Shown here: positions 10,839-21,411 of the stretch, piece after piece | How positions within the stretch are numbered: the stretch's first letter is position 1 | Layout of the letters: every line of letters begins with the position of its first letter | NCBI RefSeq assembly: GCF_000011465.1 | Contig: NC_005072.1 | Coordinates: 630,001 to 662,000 of the forward strand | Origin: Prochlorococcus marinus subsp. pastoris str. CCMP1986 | GTDB taxonomy: Bacteria; Cyanobacteriota; Cyanobacteriia; PCC-6307; Cyanobiaceae | Length of the DNA: 32,000 bases | Direction: 5' to 3' | The notes under the pieces: generated by a model | The model's database searches: none | Told to the model about the DNA's origin: nothing | What the model saw: the letters and a program-made list of their open reading frames with translations, nothing else | Translations under genes and position numbers: made by a program

Positions 10839-11740
10839 CTGATTTTTTTTAATTTTCTCGCGATTACCTCGATATTTTTATAGTCACTAGATTCTGCTTC
10901 TATAAATTTTTTTGCGTTGAACATATCTAATATCTTTTTATTTTCTTTATTTTTAATATCCAAATTAAGAATTGTAGATTTAAGTTCTTTAGTAAAACCT
11001 TTTCGAAATCTATTATCAAGATTTCCTTGAGCAACCCAATGATAGTCAACATAATCAGGAGTAATCCAAAAAAGATTTACATTTTTTGTTCTTTTAGGAT
11101 TATTTTTAAGATTATTTTCCCACACTTGTTTATTTAAAGCTCCTGCATCAAAGGCCCCACTATTAACTAAAGCGATAGTTGCATCATGACTACCGCTAAA
11201 TCCTACTCTTTTTCCTTTAAAGTTTTCTATTTTTATTCCAGCATCATTAAGGTAATATTCTGGCATTAACCTTCCAGATGTTGAATTTTCAGAACCAAAA
11301 ATAAATCTTAGATTCTTGAGCTTTTTAAGTCCATTTTTATTGGAAATTGAATCAAGTTTTAATTTCTTATTCACAATAAAAACGCTTTTAAATTCTTTAT
11401 CAATATCTCGTTGAGCAATCACAATTGCATTAGGGGTTTGTAATCTTGCCTGAACTCCGGATAAACCACCAAACCATACTAAATCTAAATCATTTGCTCT
11501 AAATCCAGTAACCGCAGCAACATAATTAATAACGGGAATATACTTTACCTTTACATCTAGAGTCTTGGCTAATTCTTTTGCAAACAAATTAAATCTTTTG
11601 TCTAACACCTCTTGATTTTGATCAGGAATTGCCCCAATCTTTAAAACTTTTGGATTCGCATTCAAAGGTGATGAAAGAATCGCAAAAAAAATAGTAGAGG
11701 TTACAACTATCTTTTTGATGTTAATAAAAATCTTATTCAT
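10835..11740 (-). CDS. phnD: Phosphonate/phosphite ABC transporter periplasmic substrate-binding protein
   Basis: 301 aa with a signal-peptide-like N-terminus and PhnD-like segments (IGAIPDQN, DLVWFGG, SGSHDAT). It is in operon context with phnC and phnE. Confidence 0.8.
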   Translation of the reverse strand: MNKIFINIKKIVVTSTIFFAILSSPLNANPKVLKIGAIPDQNQEVLDKRFNLFAKELAKTLDVKVKYIPVINYVAAVTGFRANDLDLVWFGGLSGVQARLQTPNAIVIAQRDIDKEFKSVFIVNKKLKLDSISNKNGLKKLKNLRFIFGSENSTSGRLMPEYYLNDAGIKIENFKGKRVGFSGSHDATIALVNSGAFDAGALNKQVWENNLKNNPKRTKNVNLFWITPDYVDYHWVAQGNLDNRFRKGFTKELKSTILNLDIKNKENKKILDMFNAKKFIEAESSDYKNIEVIARKLKKIR

Positions 11741-12922
11741 TTAAAAGTAATAATTTAAAATCCCTTTCTCTAATCTTGTTAAGCCATCAAGAATCTTTTC
11801 TTTTGAAGAGGCACAAGATATCCTAATACATTGATCATCACCAAAAGGTTTTCCAGGCACCACCACTAAACCATAATCATTAAGAATTCTTTTGCAAAAC
11901 TCTACAGAAGTCATGGAGTTATTAGGTAATCTAGGAAATGCATAAAAAGCTCCATTAGGTGGAGATATAAATAGTCCTTCGATATTTTTTAGCCCTTTAT
12001 AAAGGACTTCTCTTCTTAGATCATAATGGCTATTGATTTCTAAGAAAAATTCTCGGTTTATTTTTAAAGCCTCTAGAGCACCTCTTTGAACGAAAGAACA
12101 AACATTACTTGTACTTTGGCTTTGTAAGGCTGATGATGCTTTAATAACATCTTTTTGTCCTACTAAATAACCAACTCTCCACCCAGTCATTGCCCAACCC
12201 TTTGCAAAACCATTAATTATAAAAATTCTTTCTTTTAAGTCAGTTGCTAGTGAAGCTAAACTTAAATGCTTAAATTCTTTTTTAAGAATTAATTCGTAAA
12301 TCTCATCTGAAAGAATATTAATATTTTTGTTTTCTCTTACTAATTCTGCAATTTGTAACAACTCTTCTTTTGGCATTACTCTACCAGTTGGATTGTTGGG
12401 AGAATTAATAATTATAAATTTCGTTTTTGGAGATATCTTAGATTTTAAATCTTGTATATTTATTTTGAATCCATCTTCAGCAGAAGAATTTAGGAATACA
12501 GGCTTTCCCCCTGCCAATCTAACCATCTGAGGATAGCTTAACCAATAAGGAGCAGGTATAATCACTTCGTCCCCATCATTCAATAAAACCTGGAAAAGAT
12601 TATAAATTGACTGTTTTGCTCCATTTGTTACCATTACATTTTCATATTCAACATTTAAATTGTTTTGGGTTTGAAGTTTTTCAGCAATGGCTTTTCTAAG
12701 TTCTAAATCTCCTGAGGCAGGACCATATTTTGTATATCCATCAAATATAGCCTCACTTGTTGCTTTTAATATTTCATTGGGAGCATCAAAGTCTGGTTCT
12801 CCAGCACTTAAATTACAGATGTCTTTTCCCTCTTTTGCGAGTTGGTTAGCTTTAGCACTTATCTGCAGAGTAAGTGAAGGCTCAATAGAGAGTGCTCTTT
12901 TTGATAAATTTACTTCACTCAT
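11741..12922 (-). CDS. aspC: Class I pyridoxal-phosphate aminotransferase (aspartate aminotransferase-like)
   Basis: 393 aa with SAGEPDF, SPNNPTG and GFAKGWAMTGWRVGY, the last carrying the PLP lysine context. Confidence 0.85.
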   Translation of the reverse strand: MSEVNLSKRALSIEPSLTLQISAKANQLAKEGKDICNLSAGEPDFDAPNEILKATSEAIFDGYTKYGPASGDLELRKAIAEKLQTQNNLNVEYENVMVTNGAKQSIYNLFQVLLNDGDEVIIPAPYWLSYPQMVRLAGGKPVFLNSSAEDGFKINIQDLKSKISPKTKFIIINSPNNPTGRVMPKEELLQIAELVRENKNINILSDEIYELILKKEFKHLSLASLATDLKERIFIINGFAKGWAMTGWRVGYLVGQKDVIKASSALQSQSTSNVCSFVQRGALEALKINREFFLEINSHYDLRREVLYKGLKNIEGLFISPPNGAFYAFPRLPNNSMTSVEFCKRILNDYGLVVVPGKPFGDDQCIRISCASSKEKILDGLTRLEKGILNYYF

Positions 12923-13156
12923 TTGATCTAAAGTTCTTTAAATATAACTTTTGAAAAATTTATTTTATTAATAAATTAAGAATAAGTAAAGGTATCACAG
13001 ATTGGTTTAATTTGGTTCATTTTCTTAATTTAATTTATTTTCGTATTGTCTTTTATGAAAAATTAAAATGTGGAGTGAAGAATCATATAGTTATTATTAT
13101 TTTTTTAATCATTTTTAGTTTTAATATTATTTATAAGCTTTGAACTTAAATTTGCT

Positions 13157-13660
13157 TTGAAAAGATTAGTCATTAGTAGAGGTAATGTATTTGCAAATTT
13201 ATTAATTATTGGGGAAGCACCTGGTGCTCTAGAAGACTTAGAGGGAGAGCCTTATGTTGGTAGATCAGGGAAATTGTTAGATGAACTATTAATAGAAGCA
13301 GGAATTGACTTACAAAAGGATGTATATTTTTGTAATGTAATTAAATGTCGTCCTCCAAACAATAGAAAACCAACTAATAAGGAAATAAATATTCATAAAC
13401 CATGGTTAATGCAGCAAATTAAACTAGTAGATCCAAAATTTATTATTTTAACCGGTTCGACTGCTATGAGAACTATTTTGGAAATAAAGAATCCAATTTC
13501 TAAAACAAGAGGAAAATGGTTTAAGAAAGGTGGGAGAGAAATTATTACTATTTTTCACCCATCTTATTTGTTGAGATTCTCTTCAAAAGATGTTGAAAAA
13601 CCATATGATCTAACTTTAAAAGACCTTAAGAAGGTTAGTAGTAAACTATATGCTTTATAA
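13157..13660 (+). CDS. Family-4 uracil-DNA glycosylase, short N-terminus
   Basis: Motifs IIGEAPG...EPYVGRSGKLL and HPSYLLR. TTG start; the frame is closed by TAA at 13106, with no in-frame ATG before 13157. Confidence 0.8.
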   Translation: MKRLVISRGNVFANLLIIGEAPGALEDLEGEPYVGRSGKLLDELLIEAGIDLQKDVYFCNVIKCRPPNNRKPTNKEINIHKPWLMQQIKLVDPKFIILTGSTAMRTILEIKNPISKTRGKWFKKGGREIITIFHPSYLLRFSSKDVEKPYDLTLKDLKKVSSKLYAL

Positions 13661-13693
13661 TTTAAGTAAGATTTTTTGAATTTCTAGAATTTA

Positions 13694-14911
13694 ATGTCAC
13701 TTACTCAATCAAAAGAGGTGAATAGTCTCTCAAGGAGATATTCAACTTATATTGAGAGAAGGATAACTAGAACAGTAATGGTTGGGGATATCGCAATTGG
13801 TAGTGATTATCCAGTAAGAGTTCAATCGATGATAAATGAAGATACCATGGATGTGGATAATTCTTATTTAGCAATTAAAAGACTTCATGAAGTTGGATGC
13901 GAAATAGTAAGACTAACTGTTCCTTCTCTAGCTCATGCAAAGGCTGTTGGGGATATTAAAGAAAAATTAATAAAAAATAATATAGATACCCCCTTAGTTG
14001 CAGATGTTCATCACAATGGAATGAAAATTGCAATGGAGGTTGCAAAACATGTTGATAAAGTAAGAATTAATCCAGGATTATTTGTTTTTGAGAAATCAGA
14101 TCCTACAAGGACTGAATATACTGACACTGAGTTTGAGACTATTAAAAAAACAATTCTTAAAAGATTTACTCCACTTGTAGAAGTTTTAAAGTCCGAGAAT
14201 AAAGCTTTAAGAATTGGAGTTAATCATGGATCTTTATCCGAGAGGATGCTCTTTACTTATGGAGATACACCTTTAGGGATGACAGAATCTGCAATGGAAT
14301 TCGTCAAAATCTGCGATGAGCTTGATTTTCATAACATCATTATTTCTATGAAAGCATCAAGAGCACCAGTGATGTTAGCTGCATATAGAATGATTGCAGA
14401 TAGATTAGATGCAGAAGGATATAACTACCCTTTGCATTTGGGTGTTACTGAAGCAGGAGATGGTGATTATGGAAGGATTAAGAGTACTGCAGGTATAGGA
14501 ACACTTCTTGCTGAAGGTCTTGGAGATACTATCAGAGTTTCTCTAACTGAAGCTCCTGAAAAGGAGATTCCAGTATGCTATTCAATTTTGCAATCTTTAG
14601 GATTGCGAAAAACAATGGTTGAATATATAAGTTGTCCTAGCTGTGGTAGAACGCTTTTTAATTTAGAGGAGGTTGTAGATAAAGTGAGGAAAGCCACTTC
14701 CCATTTGACTGGTTTAGACATAGCAATAATGGGTTGTATAGTAAATGGTCCAGGAGAAATGGCAGATGCTGATTACGGTTATGTAGGCAAAGGTAAAGGT
14801 ACAATTGCTCTCTACAGAAGAAAAGAAGAGATAAAAAGAGTACCTGAGGATGAAGGGGTTGATGCTTTAATTCGGCTCATTAAAGATGATGGGAAATGGA
14901 TTGATCCCTAA
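13694..14911 (+). CDS. ispG: 4-hydroxy-3-methylbut-2-en-1-yl diphosphate synthase (MEP pathway)
   Basis: 405 aa with RVQSM, VRINPGL and the CPSCGRT...GCIVNGPGE Fe-S cluster motifs. Confidence 0.95.
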   Translation: MSLTQSKEVNSLSRRYSTYIERRITRTVMVGDIAIGSDYPVRVQSMINEDTMDVDNSYLAIKRLHEVGCEIVRLTVPSLAHAKAVGDIKEKLIKNNIDTPLVADVHHNGMKIAMEVAKHVDKVRINPGLFVFEKSDPTRTEYTDTEFETIKKTILKRFTPLVEVLKSENKALRIGVNHGSLSERMLFTYGDTPLGMTESAMEFVKICDELDFHNIIISMKASRAPVMLAAYRMIADRLDAEGYNYPLHLGVTEAGDGDYGRIKSTAGIGTLLAEGLGDTIRVSLTEAPEKEIPVCYSILQSLGLRKTMVEYISCPSCGRTLFNLEEVVDKVRKATSHLTGLDIAIMGCIVNGPGEMADADYGYVGKGKGTIALYRRKEEIKRVPEDEGVDALIRLIKDDGKWIDP

Positions 14912-14967
14912 ACTTATTTTTAATTTATAATTTAATCAATAGAAAAATTAATGCTTATTACCGACCC

Positions 14968-16302
14968 TTGAAAATAAAAAAATTGTTTAAAAATAAACTT
15001 ATCTTTTTAATAGTGACAACTTTTTCTGGGCTATTGGTGAGTAATCATTCAAAGGCGACAATTTTAGAAAATAACTATAAAGAGGTTATTGATCACGTTT
15101 GGCAAATAGTATATAGAGACTTCCTTGATTCAAGTGGGAAATTTGAGAGATCTAATTGGATTAATTTAAGAAAGGAATTTTTAGCAAAAAAATATTCAGA
15201 TAATAATGAAGCTTATGATGCAATTAGAGATATGCTTTCAAATTTAGATGACCCATATACAAGATTTCTAGACCCAAAAGAATTTAATCAAATGAGAATA
15301 GATACTTCAGGAGAATTAACTGGAGTCGGAATACAAATTGCTAAAGATAATGAATCTGATTCTATAATTATTATTTCTCCTATAGAGGGAACTCCTGCTT
15401 ATGAGGCTGGAATTAAAGCTAAAGATATTATTTTATCAATCGATAATGTATCTACTAAAGGGTTGAATATTGAGGATGCAGTTAAATTAATAAGGGGCAG
15501 AAGGGGTACAAAAGTTAAACTTGAAATCCTAAGAAATGGGAATTCTTTTTACAAGTCCTTATTAAGAGAAAGGATAGAATTAAAATCAGTGACAAGCAAA
15601 ATCAATAAAACTAAAGATGGATTATTAATAGGTTACGTTAGATTAAAGCAGTTTAATGCTAATGCATCAAGAGAGATGAAAGATACATTAAAAGATTTAG
15701 AAATAAAAAAAGTTTCTGGATATGTTCTTGATTTAAGAAGTAATCCCGGAGGATTATTAGAATCTAGTATTGATATTTCTCGTCAATTTATTGATAAAGG
15801 CATAATCGTAAGCACCTTATCTAAAGATGGTTTGAGAGAAACAAAAAGAGGAAATGGTAAGGCTTTAACAAAAAAACCTTTAATTGTACTTGTCAATGAA
15901 GGTTCGGCGAGTGCAAGTGAAATAGTCTCCGGAGCAATAAGAGATAATAACAGAGGTAAATTAGTAGGTAAGAAAACTTTCGGCAAAGGCCTTGTTCAGT
16001 CTATGCGAACTTTGGTGGATGGTTCAGGGTTAACAGTTACGGTGGCAAAATACTTAACTCCCAATGGAACGGATATAAATAAGTTTGGAATTACTCCGGA
16101 TATAGAAGTCAAGATGAATTCCAATCCAATTCTTCAAAGAGAAATTGGTACTAAAAGAGATAGACAATATAGAGCTGGTGAGAAAGAACTTCTTAAAATT
16201 ATTAAAAAAACTAAATTAGTAAGTCAGTTTCAACCTGATTCTGCAAATGTATTAGCTGTTTTTAAAAATAATGAAAATAATTTCGTTTATTCATTGAATT
16301 AG
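14968..16302 (+). CDS. ctpA: Carboxyl-terminal processing protease (S41 family)
   Basis: Signal anchor, PDZ-like region (GVGIQI...PAYEAGI), LDLRSNPGG and catalytic GSASASEI...FGKG. TTG start. Confidence 0.9.
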   Translation: MKIKKLFKNKLIFLIVTTFSGLLVSNHSKATILENNYKEVIDHVWQIVYRDFLDSSGKFERSNWINLRKEFLAKKYSDNNEAYDAIRDMLSNLDDPYTRFLDPKEFNQMRIDTSGELTGVGIQIAKDNESDSIIIISPIEGTPAYEAGIKAKDIILSIDNVSTKGLNIEDAVKLIRGRRGTKVKLEILRNGNSFYKSLLRERIELKSVTSKINKTKDGLLIGYVRLKQFNANASREMKDTLKDLEIKKVSGYVLDLRSNPGGLLESSIDISRQFIDKGIIVSTLSKDGLRETKRGNGKALTKKPLIVLVNEGSASASEIVSGAIRDNNRGKLVGKKTFGKGLVQSMRTLVDGSGLTVTVAKYLTPNGTDINKFGITPDIEVKMNSNPILQREIGTKRDRQYRAGEKELLKIIKKTKLVSQFQPDSANVLAVFKNNENNFVYSLN

Positions 16303-17213
16303 ATGCTCATATCCAGCATTCTTTTTATTGGTTTGTAAGCTTTTTTAATTATTTCAGGGTCTAATTCAATTGAAGGGGAATTGTTTTTTAAACAATCTAA
16401 AATTTTTTCTAATGTATTCAATTTCATATATGGACACTCATTACATTTACAACCATCAATATCTGGTACTTCAATAAAATTTTTATTAGGTTCTTTCTTT
16501 TTCATTTGATGAATTATCCCAGGTTCAGTTAAAACCATATAAGTATCAGAATAATCATTACTAACGAAATCTAATAACTTACTGGTTGAACCAATAAAAT
16601 CTGAAAGTACTAATAAATTTTGGCTGCACTCAGGATGGGCGATTACTTTTGCATCGGGATGTTTGTACTTTAATTTTAATAAGGCCTCTTCACTAAATGT
16701 TTCATGAACTATACAGCTGCCTGGCCAAAGTTTAAGTTTTCTTCCTGAGTTTTTTTGAACCCATCGACCAAGATTTTTATCTGGCGCAAATATAATTTTT
16801 TTATCTTTAGGAATTTTTTCTACTAATGAAACAGCATTGCTACTTGTGCAAATTAAATCACTTTGAGCTTTTACTTCTGCAGTACAGTTTATATAACTTA
16901 CAACATAATGATCAGGATTTTCTTCTCTAAATTTTTGAAACTCTTCTGCAGGACAATCATCAGCCAAGGAACAACCTGCATCAATATCAGGTAATAAAAC
17001 TGTTTTGTTTGGGCTAAGTATTTTCGCAGTTTCTGCCATAAAATGAACACCACAAAAAACTATTGTGTCTGCATCATTATTTGCTGCTTTCCTAGAGAGA
17101 TCTAAAGAATCTCCAATAAAATCAGCGATATCTTGAATTTCTGGCGCTTGATAATAATGAGCAAGAATTATCGCATTAGCTTTTAAGCAAAGCTCCTTAA
17201 TTTCAGAAATCAA
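16299..17213 (-). CDS. nadA: Quinolinate synthase
   Basis: 304 aa with ILAHYYQ, VHFMAETAKIL and HPEC NadA motifs. TTG start. Its stop overlaps the ctpA stop. Confidence 0.9.
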   Translation of the reverse strand: MISEIKELCLKANAIILAHYYQAPEIQDIADFIGDSLDLSRKAANNDADTIVFCGVHFMAETAKILSPNKTVLLPDIDAGCSLADDCPAEEFQKFREENPDHYVVSYINCTAEVKAQSDLICTSSNAVSLVEKIPKDKKIIFAPDKNLGRWVQKNSGRKLKLWPGSCIVHETFSEEALLKLKYKHPDAKVIAHPECSQNLLVLSDFIGSTSKLLDFVSNDYSDTYMVLTEPGIIHQMKKKEPNKNFIEVPDIDGCKCNECPYMKLNTLEKILDCLKNNSPSIELDPEIIKKAYKPIKRMLDMSI

Positions 17214-17294
17214 ATCTTTTTCATTTTGAATAGATTTCTGTTTTGCAGTAGAAGTTATACTGGTCAGGATTTACAATGTCTCTTAATAGATTAT

Positions 17295-18164
17295 ATGCCT
17301 TTAAATAGAAAAATTCTGACAAATTTAAAAATTGCTATTGTTGGTGACTGTCACGGTCAGTGGTCTGAGGCGGATATTGGGATTTTAGCGCTTATAAAAC
17401 CAGATATTGTCTTATTAATTGGAGATATTTCTGATGGTAGTATCAAAATAATAAAGAAGATTAATCTAATAAAAATTCCTACTTATGTGATTTTGGGAAA
17501 TCATGATCGAGGTAAAGACTCCACAGGAGAGACTCTTTTAAAACAGATTCGTATTTTGCAAGAAAAATATTGTGCTTGGGATTTGAAAATATTTAATAAT
17601 CAGTTAAATATTTTAAGTGCTAGGCCCTGTAGTTCAGGAGGTGGTTATTATCTTTCAAATGAGGTTAAAGCTGTTTATGGGCCCATAAGCGAACAAGAGT
17701 CAGTTAATAAAATCATTAAAAGTTCAGAAAAAAATATCAGAGAATTACCTCTTATTTTGATGTCACATGCAGGTCCTTCAGGCTTGGGATCAGACTCTAC
17801 AAGTATCTGTGGAAAAGATTGGAAAGAGCCTCCTTGTGACTGGGGAGATAGAGATTTAGCTGTTGCTATTTCAGAAATACAAAAAAAAAGAAAAATTGAC
17901 CTTGTCATTTTTGGACATATGCATAATCGTCTGAAAAGAAATAAAGGTTTGAGAAATATGTTCAAAATTGATAAAGAAGGTACAGCTTATTTGAATTCTG
18001 CAATAGTTCCGAGATATAAAAAAAATATAGAGGGCGAATTATTAGTAAACTTTTCATGGGTTGAGCTTGTAGATAGTGAAATTTCACATATTTCTCACAG
18101 ATGGTATTCAGAGTCAGGGGAGATATCTGAAGAAGAAATACTTTTTAGAAATGGAGATTTTTAG
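17295..18164 (+). CDS. Calcineurin-like metallophosphoesterase
   Basis: GDCHG, GDISD, GNHD, SHAGP and GHMH motifs. I prefer ATG 17295 (MPLNRK) to the non-ATG start at 17226 in the track. Confidence 0.75.
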   Translation: MPLNRKILTNLKIAIVGDCHGQWSEADIGILALIKPDIVLLIGDISDGSIKIIKKINLIKIPTYVILGNHDRGKDSTGETLLKQIRILQEKYCAWDLKIFNNQLNILSARPCSSGGGYYLSNEVKAVYGPISEQESVNKIIKSSEKNIRELPLILMSHAGPSGLGSDSTSICGKDWKEPPCDWGDRDLAVAISEIQKKRKIDLVIFGHMHNRLKRNKGLRNMFKIDKEGTAYLNSAIVPRYKKNIEGELLVNFSWVELVDSEISHISHRWYSESGEISEEEILFRNGDF

Positions 18165-18172
18165 CAGGATTT

Positions 18173-18970
18173 TTAACTTTTTTTCGGTTTCTCATATCTA
18201 GAGAATACGGTTTGTGATAAAAGGTATCCTGCAATTGCTGCTGCAGCAAAGGCAAGTCCATTTTTGAATAACGGTAATACTTCGCTTGTTCTAGAAATTA
18301 TTGGTGCCAAACCAAAAATGCCAAATAGCATTCCCCATAAAGGAGAAAGAAGAGCTAAAAATCCAATTGATATGATTTGACCCTCTTTTCTTGGGGCGGC
18401 AGCAAATCCTGCCACTAATCCTCCTAAGATAGAAGTACACAAAGTCCATATATATTGTTCTTTTGGTAATCCAGGAACAACCTGGCAACCTCCTCTATCA
18501 AGACAAATTTTTACTGAATTAATTGCATCTAATACTGCTCCATCTTCTCCATGATCTTTTACATAATATTGATTTCCGAATCTTGTTTGAAGTTCCACCC
18601 AAAATAATCTTGGCATGAAAGCAAAATATGCTTCACCAACATTAAAATTTAATAAATTACCTCCTCTAGGATCTGCAATTACTAATAAACTTGTTTCATC
18701 TAAATCCCAATAATCTTTAATAGCAATTCCAGGGACACTTTCGAATTGAGATAAATATTTAATCTTCCAACCACTTTCCTTTTCTAAGTTATTAAGATTT
18801 TCCTCTAAAGATTTTTTCTGATTTGGACTTAATGTCTTAGCTAAATCAATAACAGGTGTTTTTTCTTCAGGTAAAAGATTTGGATTATTAATAGCAAAAG
18901 AAGGTTCATTAAAAATTAAAATTACTATAGATAGAAATATTCCTAAGAAATAGTTAATCTTTGAATGCAT
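18173..18970 (-). CDS. TPM-domain (DUF477 / Psb32-TLP18.3-like) membrane protein
   Basis: Signal anchor followed by VIDLAKTLSPNQKKSLEENLNNLEKESGWKI, a TPM-domain-like start, and C-terminal hydrophobic helices. I prefer ATG 18970 to the GTG at 19000. Confidence 0.55.
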   Translation of the reverse strand: MHSKINYFLGIFLSIVILIFNEPSFAINNPNLLPEEKTPVIDLAKTLSPNQKKSLEENLNNLEKESGWKIKYLSQFESVPGIAIKDYWDLDETSLLVIADPRGGNLLNFNVGEAYFAFMPRLFWVELQTRFGNQYYVKDHGEDGAVLDAINSVKICLDRGGCQVVPGLPKEQYIWTLCTSILGGLVAGFAAAPRKEGQIISIGFLALLSPLWGMLFGIFGLAPIISRTSEVLPLFKNGLAFAAAAIAGYLLSQTVFSRYEKPKKS

Positions 18971-19002
18971 AAAAGTTTTTTTGTCTTTATATATTTTCAC
19001 CG

Positions 19003-20193
19003 ATGGAAAGCCTACCCGCGAATAATCAAGAATGGTTAATAAAAAAAATAATAAAAAAGGGAGGAACTATAAGTTTTTATGACTATATGGACATCGTTTT
19101 GAATGACCTAAATAATGGATACTATGGAAGTGGTAAAGCTAATTTAGGCTCTAAGGGCGATTTTGTTACTTCGCCTTCAATGTCAGATGACTTCGCGTTT
19201 TTGTTATCGAAACAAATTTATGAATGGTTGATACAGGTAAAAAGTAAATCAAATTGTGATGATAAGTTATCAGTGATTGAGTTTGGAGCAGGAGACGGCA
19301 GTCTTATGAGTGGTCTCCTTGAATATTTCTTTATTAACGATAAAAAAATATTAAAAAATGTTTGTTTTATCATTATTGAGCCAAATAAAGGAATGATAAA
19401 AAAACAGCAAAAGAAATTAGAAAAATATTTAAAACTGGGTTTTGATATATTATGGAGATGTTTAGAGGACTTGGAAGATAGAAGTTTAAATGGGGTTGTA
19501 TTAGCTAATGAGGTACTTGATGCTTTGCCAGTAGAAAGAATAATAAATTTAAAAGGTAAAATGCAACGGCAAGGAGTCTCTATAGATAAGAAATCAGGAA
19601 GATTGTTCTTTGAAGCAATTTCAATTACAAAAGAATTAGAAAAAAGTATTGCCTCTGCTCAGGAAAAATTAGATATTAATATTCCTCCTAAATATGCTCC
19701 AGAAGGATGGACTACCGAATGGCATATAGATAATAAAAAATGGTTAATGGCTATTTATGCAAAAATCAATAATGGAATTTTATTAATAATTGACTATGCC
19801 AAAGAAGCTAAAAGATATTATTCATTGGGTAATAATAATGGGACATTAATTTCCTATAAAAACCAAAAAATTGTAGAAAATATTTTTGAGTCTCCAGGGG
19901 ATTGTGATTTAACGTCTCATGTTTGTATTGAAAGTTTAATTTATGATTCGGAAACTTTAGGTTTTGAAACTATTGGAATAGTCAAACAAGGAGAGGCATT
20001 ATTATCACTTGGTTTAGCCGAAAGACTTTTTGAAATTCAGAATGAACTAAAGGACGATATCTCAAAAGCTCTTTCTAGAAGAGAAGCCTTGTTGAGATTA
20101 GTTGACCCAATCTGTTTAGGAGATTTTAAATGGTTTGTTTTTAGCAAATTTAATAATAAGAAATTTAAAATAAATTCACTCTGTATTCGCTAA
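19003..20193 (+). CDS. MidA/NDUFAF7-family SAM-dependent methyltransferase (DUF185)
   Basis: 396 aa with EFGAGDGSL and [10 protein letters not shown] motifs. Confidence 0.75.
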   Translation: MESLPANNQEWLIKKIIKKGGTISFYDYMDIVLNDLNNGYYGSGKANLGSKGDFVTSPSMSDDFAFLLSKQIYEWLIQVKSKSNCDDKLSVIEFGAGDGSLMSGLLEYFFINDKKILKNVCFIIIEPNKGMIKKQQKKLEKYLKLGFDILWRCLEDLEDRSLNGVVLANEVLDALPVERIINLKGKMQRQGVSIDKKSGRLFFEAISITKELEKSIASAQEKLDINIPPKYAPEGWTTEWHIDNKKWLMAIYAKINNGILLIIDYAKEAKRYYSLGNNNGTLISYKNQKIVENIFESPGDCDLTSHVCIESLIYDSETLGFETIGIVKQGEALLSLGLAERLFEIQNELKDDISKALSRREALLRLVDPICLGDFKWFVFSKFNNKKFKINSLCIR

Positions 20194-21281
20194 TTGAAAT
20201 ATTTTAGGAATTGCGATTCATTTATATCATTAAATATATCAACTTCTCCAAGCTCTATAGGTAATATAAATCTCATTTTCCCATTACGTACTTTTTTATC
20301 ACCCATAAGTATTTTCATTACGTCATTCTTTTTGATTTTAGGTGTTTGTATTGGTAGACCATAGCTTTCAATAAGATGATCTTGCCTTAAAGAATGCTCT
20401 TTTGACCACAAGTTCTTTTCAGTCGCAATATCTCCTGCAATTTTCATTCCAATCGAGATGGCTTCGCCATGTAAATACTCTCCATATCCGCACAAATTTT
20501 CTATTACGTGGCCAAAGGAATGACCATAATTTAATATTGCTCGAATTCCATTTTCTTTCTCGTCTTCAGAAACTATACAAGCCTTAGTTTTAATTGATTT
20601 ATTGATTATTTTTATTAATGATTCGTTCTCGAGATTGAGGATTTTATCTCTATTCTTTTCATTTTCTAAGTATTCGAAAAGTGATTTATCTTTTATGACG
20701 CCATATTTGATAACTTCCGCCATACCTGCCTTGAATTCCCTCGTTGGTAAAGTTATTAGAGTTTCAGGGTCAATAAAAACTGCTTTTGGCTGATAAAAAG
20801 CTCCTATTAGATTTTTCCCTTTAGGATGATTAACCGCTGTTTTACCACCTACAGATGAATCAACCATAGATAATAATGTTGTAGGGATTTGAATATATTC
20901 AATACCTCTTAACCATGTAGCGGCGGCAAAACCAGTGACATCCCCTACAATTCCGCCACCGAGTGCAATTAGTAGGGAATTCCTATCCAAACCAACCTCA
21001 AAAGCAGCATTAAATATCTCACTTAAACTTGCAAAGTTCTTATGTGATTCTCCAGCTTTAATATTGAATATTTCAGCATTAAAATTATTCTTTTTTAAAT
21101 TATTAAGAAGTTTCCTCCCAAATAATGTTGAGATTTCTTTATTAGAAACTATAAGTATTTTTCTATTACTATTAATACCAATTCGGATTAGTTCTTCTCC
21201 AATGTTATTAATTAATCCTTGTTTTATAATAACTTCGTATGAATTATTACTTAGAGGAACTAGTATTTTGTTCTTATGCAC
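20190..21281 (-). CDS. aroB: 3-dehydroquinate synthase
   Basis: 363 aa with [23 protein letters not shown] and [11 protein letters not shown] start. Confidence 0.95.
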   Translation of the reverse strand: MHKNKILVPLSNNSYEVIIKQGLINNIGEELIRIGINSNRKILIVSNKEISTLFGRKLLNNLKKNNFNAEIFNIKAGESHKNFASLSEIFNAAFEVGLDRNSLLIALGGGIVGDVTGFAAATWLRGIEYIQIPTTLLSMVDSSVGGKTAVNHPKGKNLIGAFYQPKAVFIDPETLITLPTREFKAGMAEVIKYGVIKDKSLFEYLENEKNRDKILNLENESLIKIINKSIKTKACIVSEDEKENGIRAILNYGHSFGHVIENLCGYGEYLHGEAISIGMKIAGDIATEKNLWSKEHSLRQDHLIESYGLPIQTPKIKKNDVMKILMGDKKVRNGKMRFILPIELGEVDIFNDINESQFLKYFN

Positions 21282-21411
21282 AGTAAATGTTTTAGAAGAG
21301 TTTTTTATTAATTTTAAAAATTGATTTTACTTATTCTAACCCTATCTTGACTTAAAAATTAGATTTAAATAATCAGTTGTTAAGAATTAAAAATCATAAT
21401 AAGATCATCAT

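Noticed and set aside
11741-11830. Pho-box-like repeat (CTTAACAA-N3-TAGAGAAA-N3-ATTTTAAA on the minus strand) upstream of phnD, inside the 3' end of aspC
   Set aside because: Only the first octamer resembles the PyTTAAPyPy(T/A) consensus, so the match is too weak to call.
12327-12926. Track ORFs 12327..12530(+) and 12687..12926(+)
   Set aside because: Antisense shadows of the aminotransferase gene.
15783-18488. Track ORFs 15783..15986(-), 17675..17965(-) and 18291..18488(-)
   Set aside because: The first two are nested antisense within ctpA and the metallophosphoesterase; 18291..18488 lies out of frame on the same strand inside the TPM-domain gene. They have no motifs and are probably spurious.
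20402-21324. Track ORFs 20402..20587, 20602..20793 and 20935..21324 (+)
   Set aside because: All are antisense to the well-supported aroB gene.
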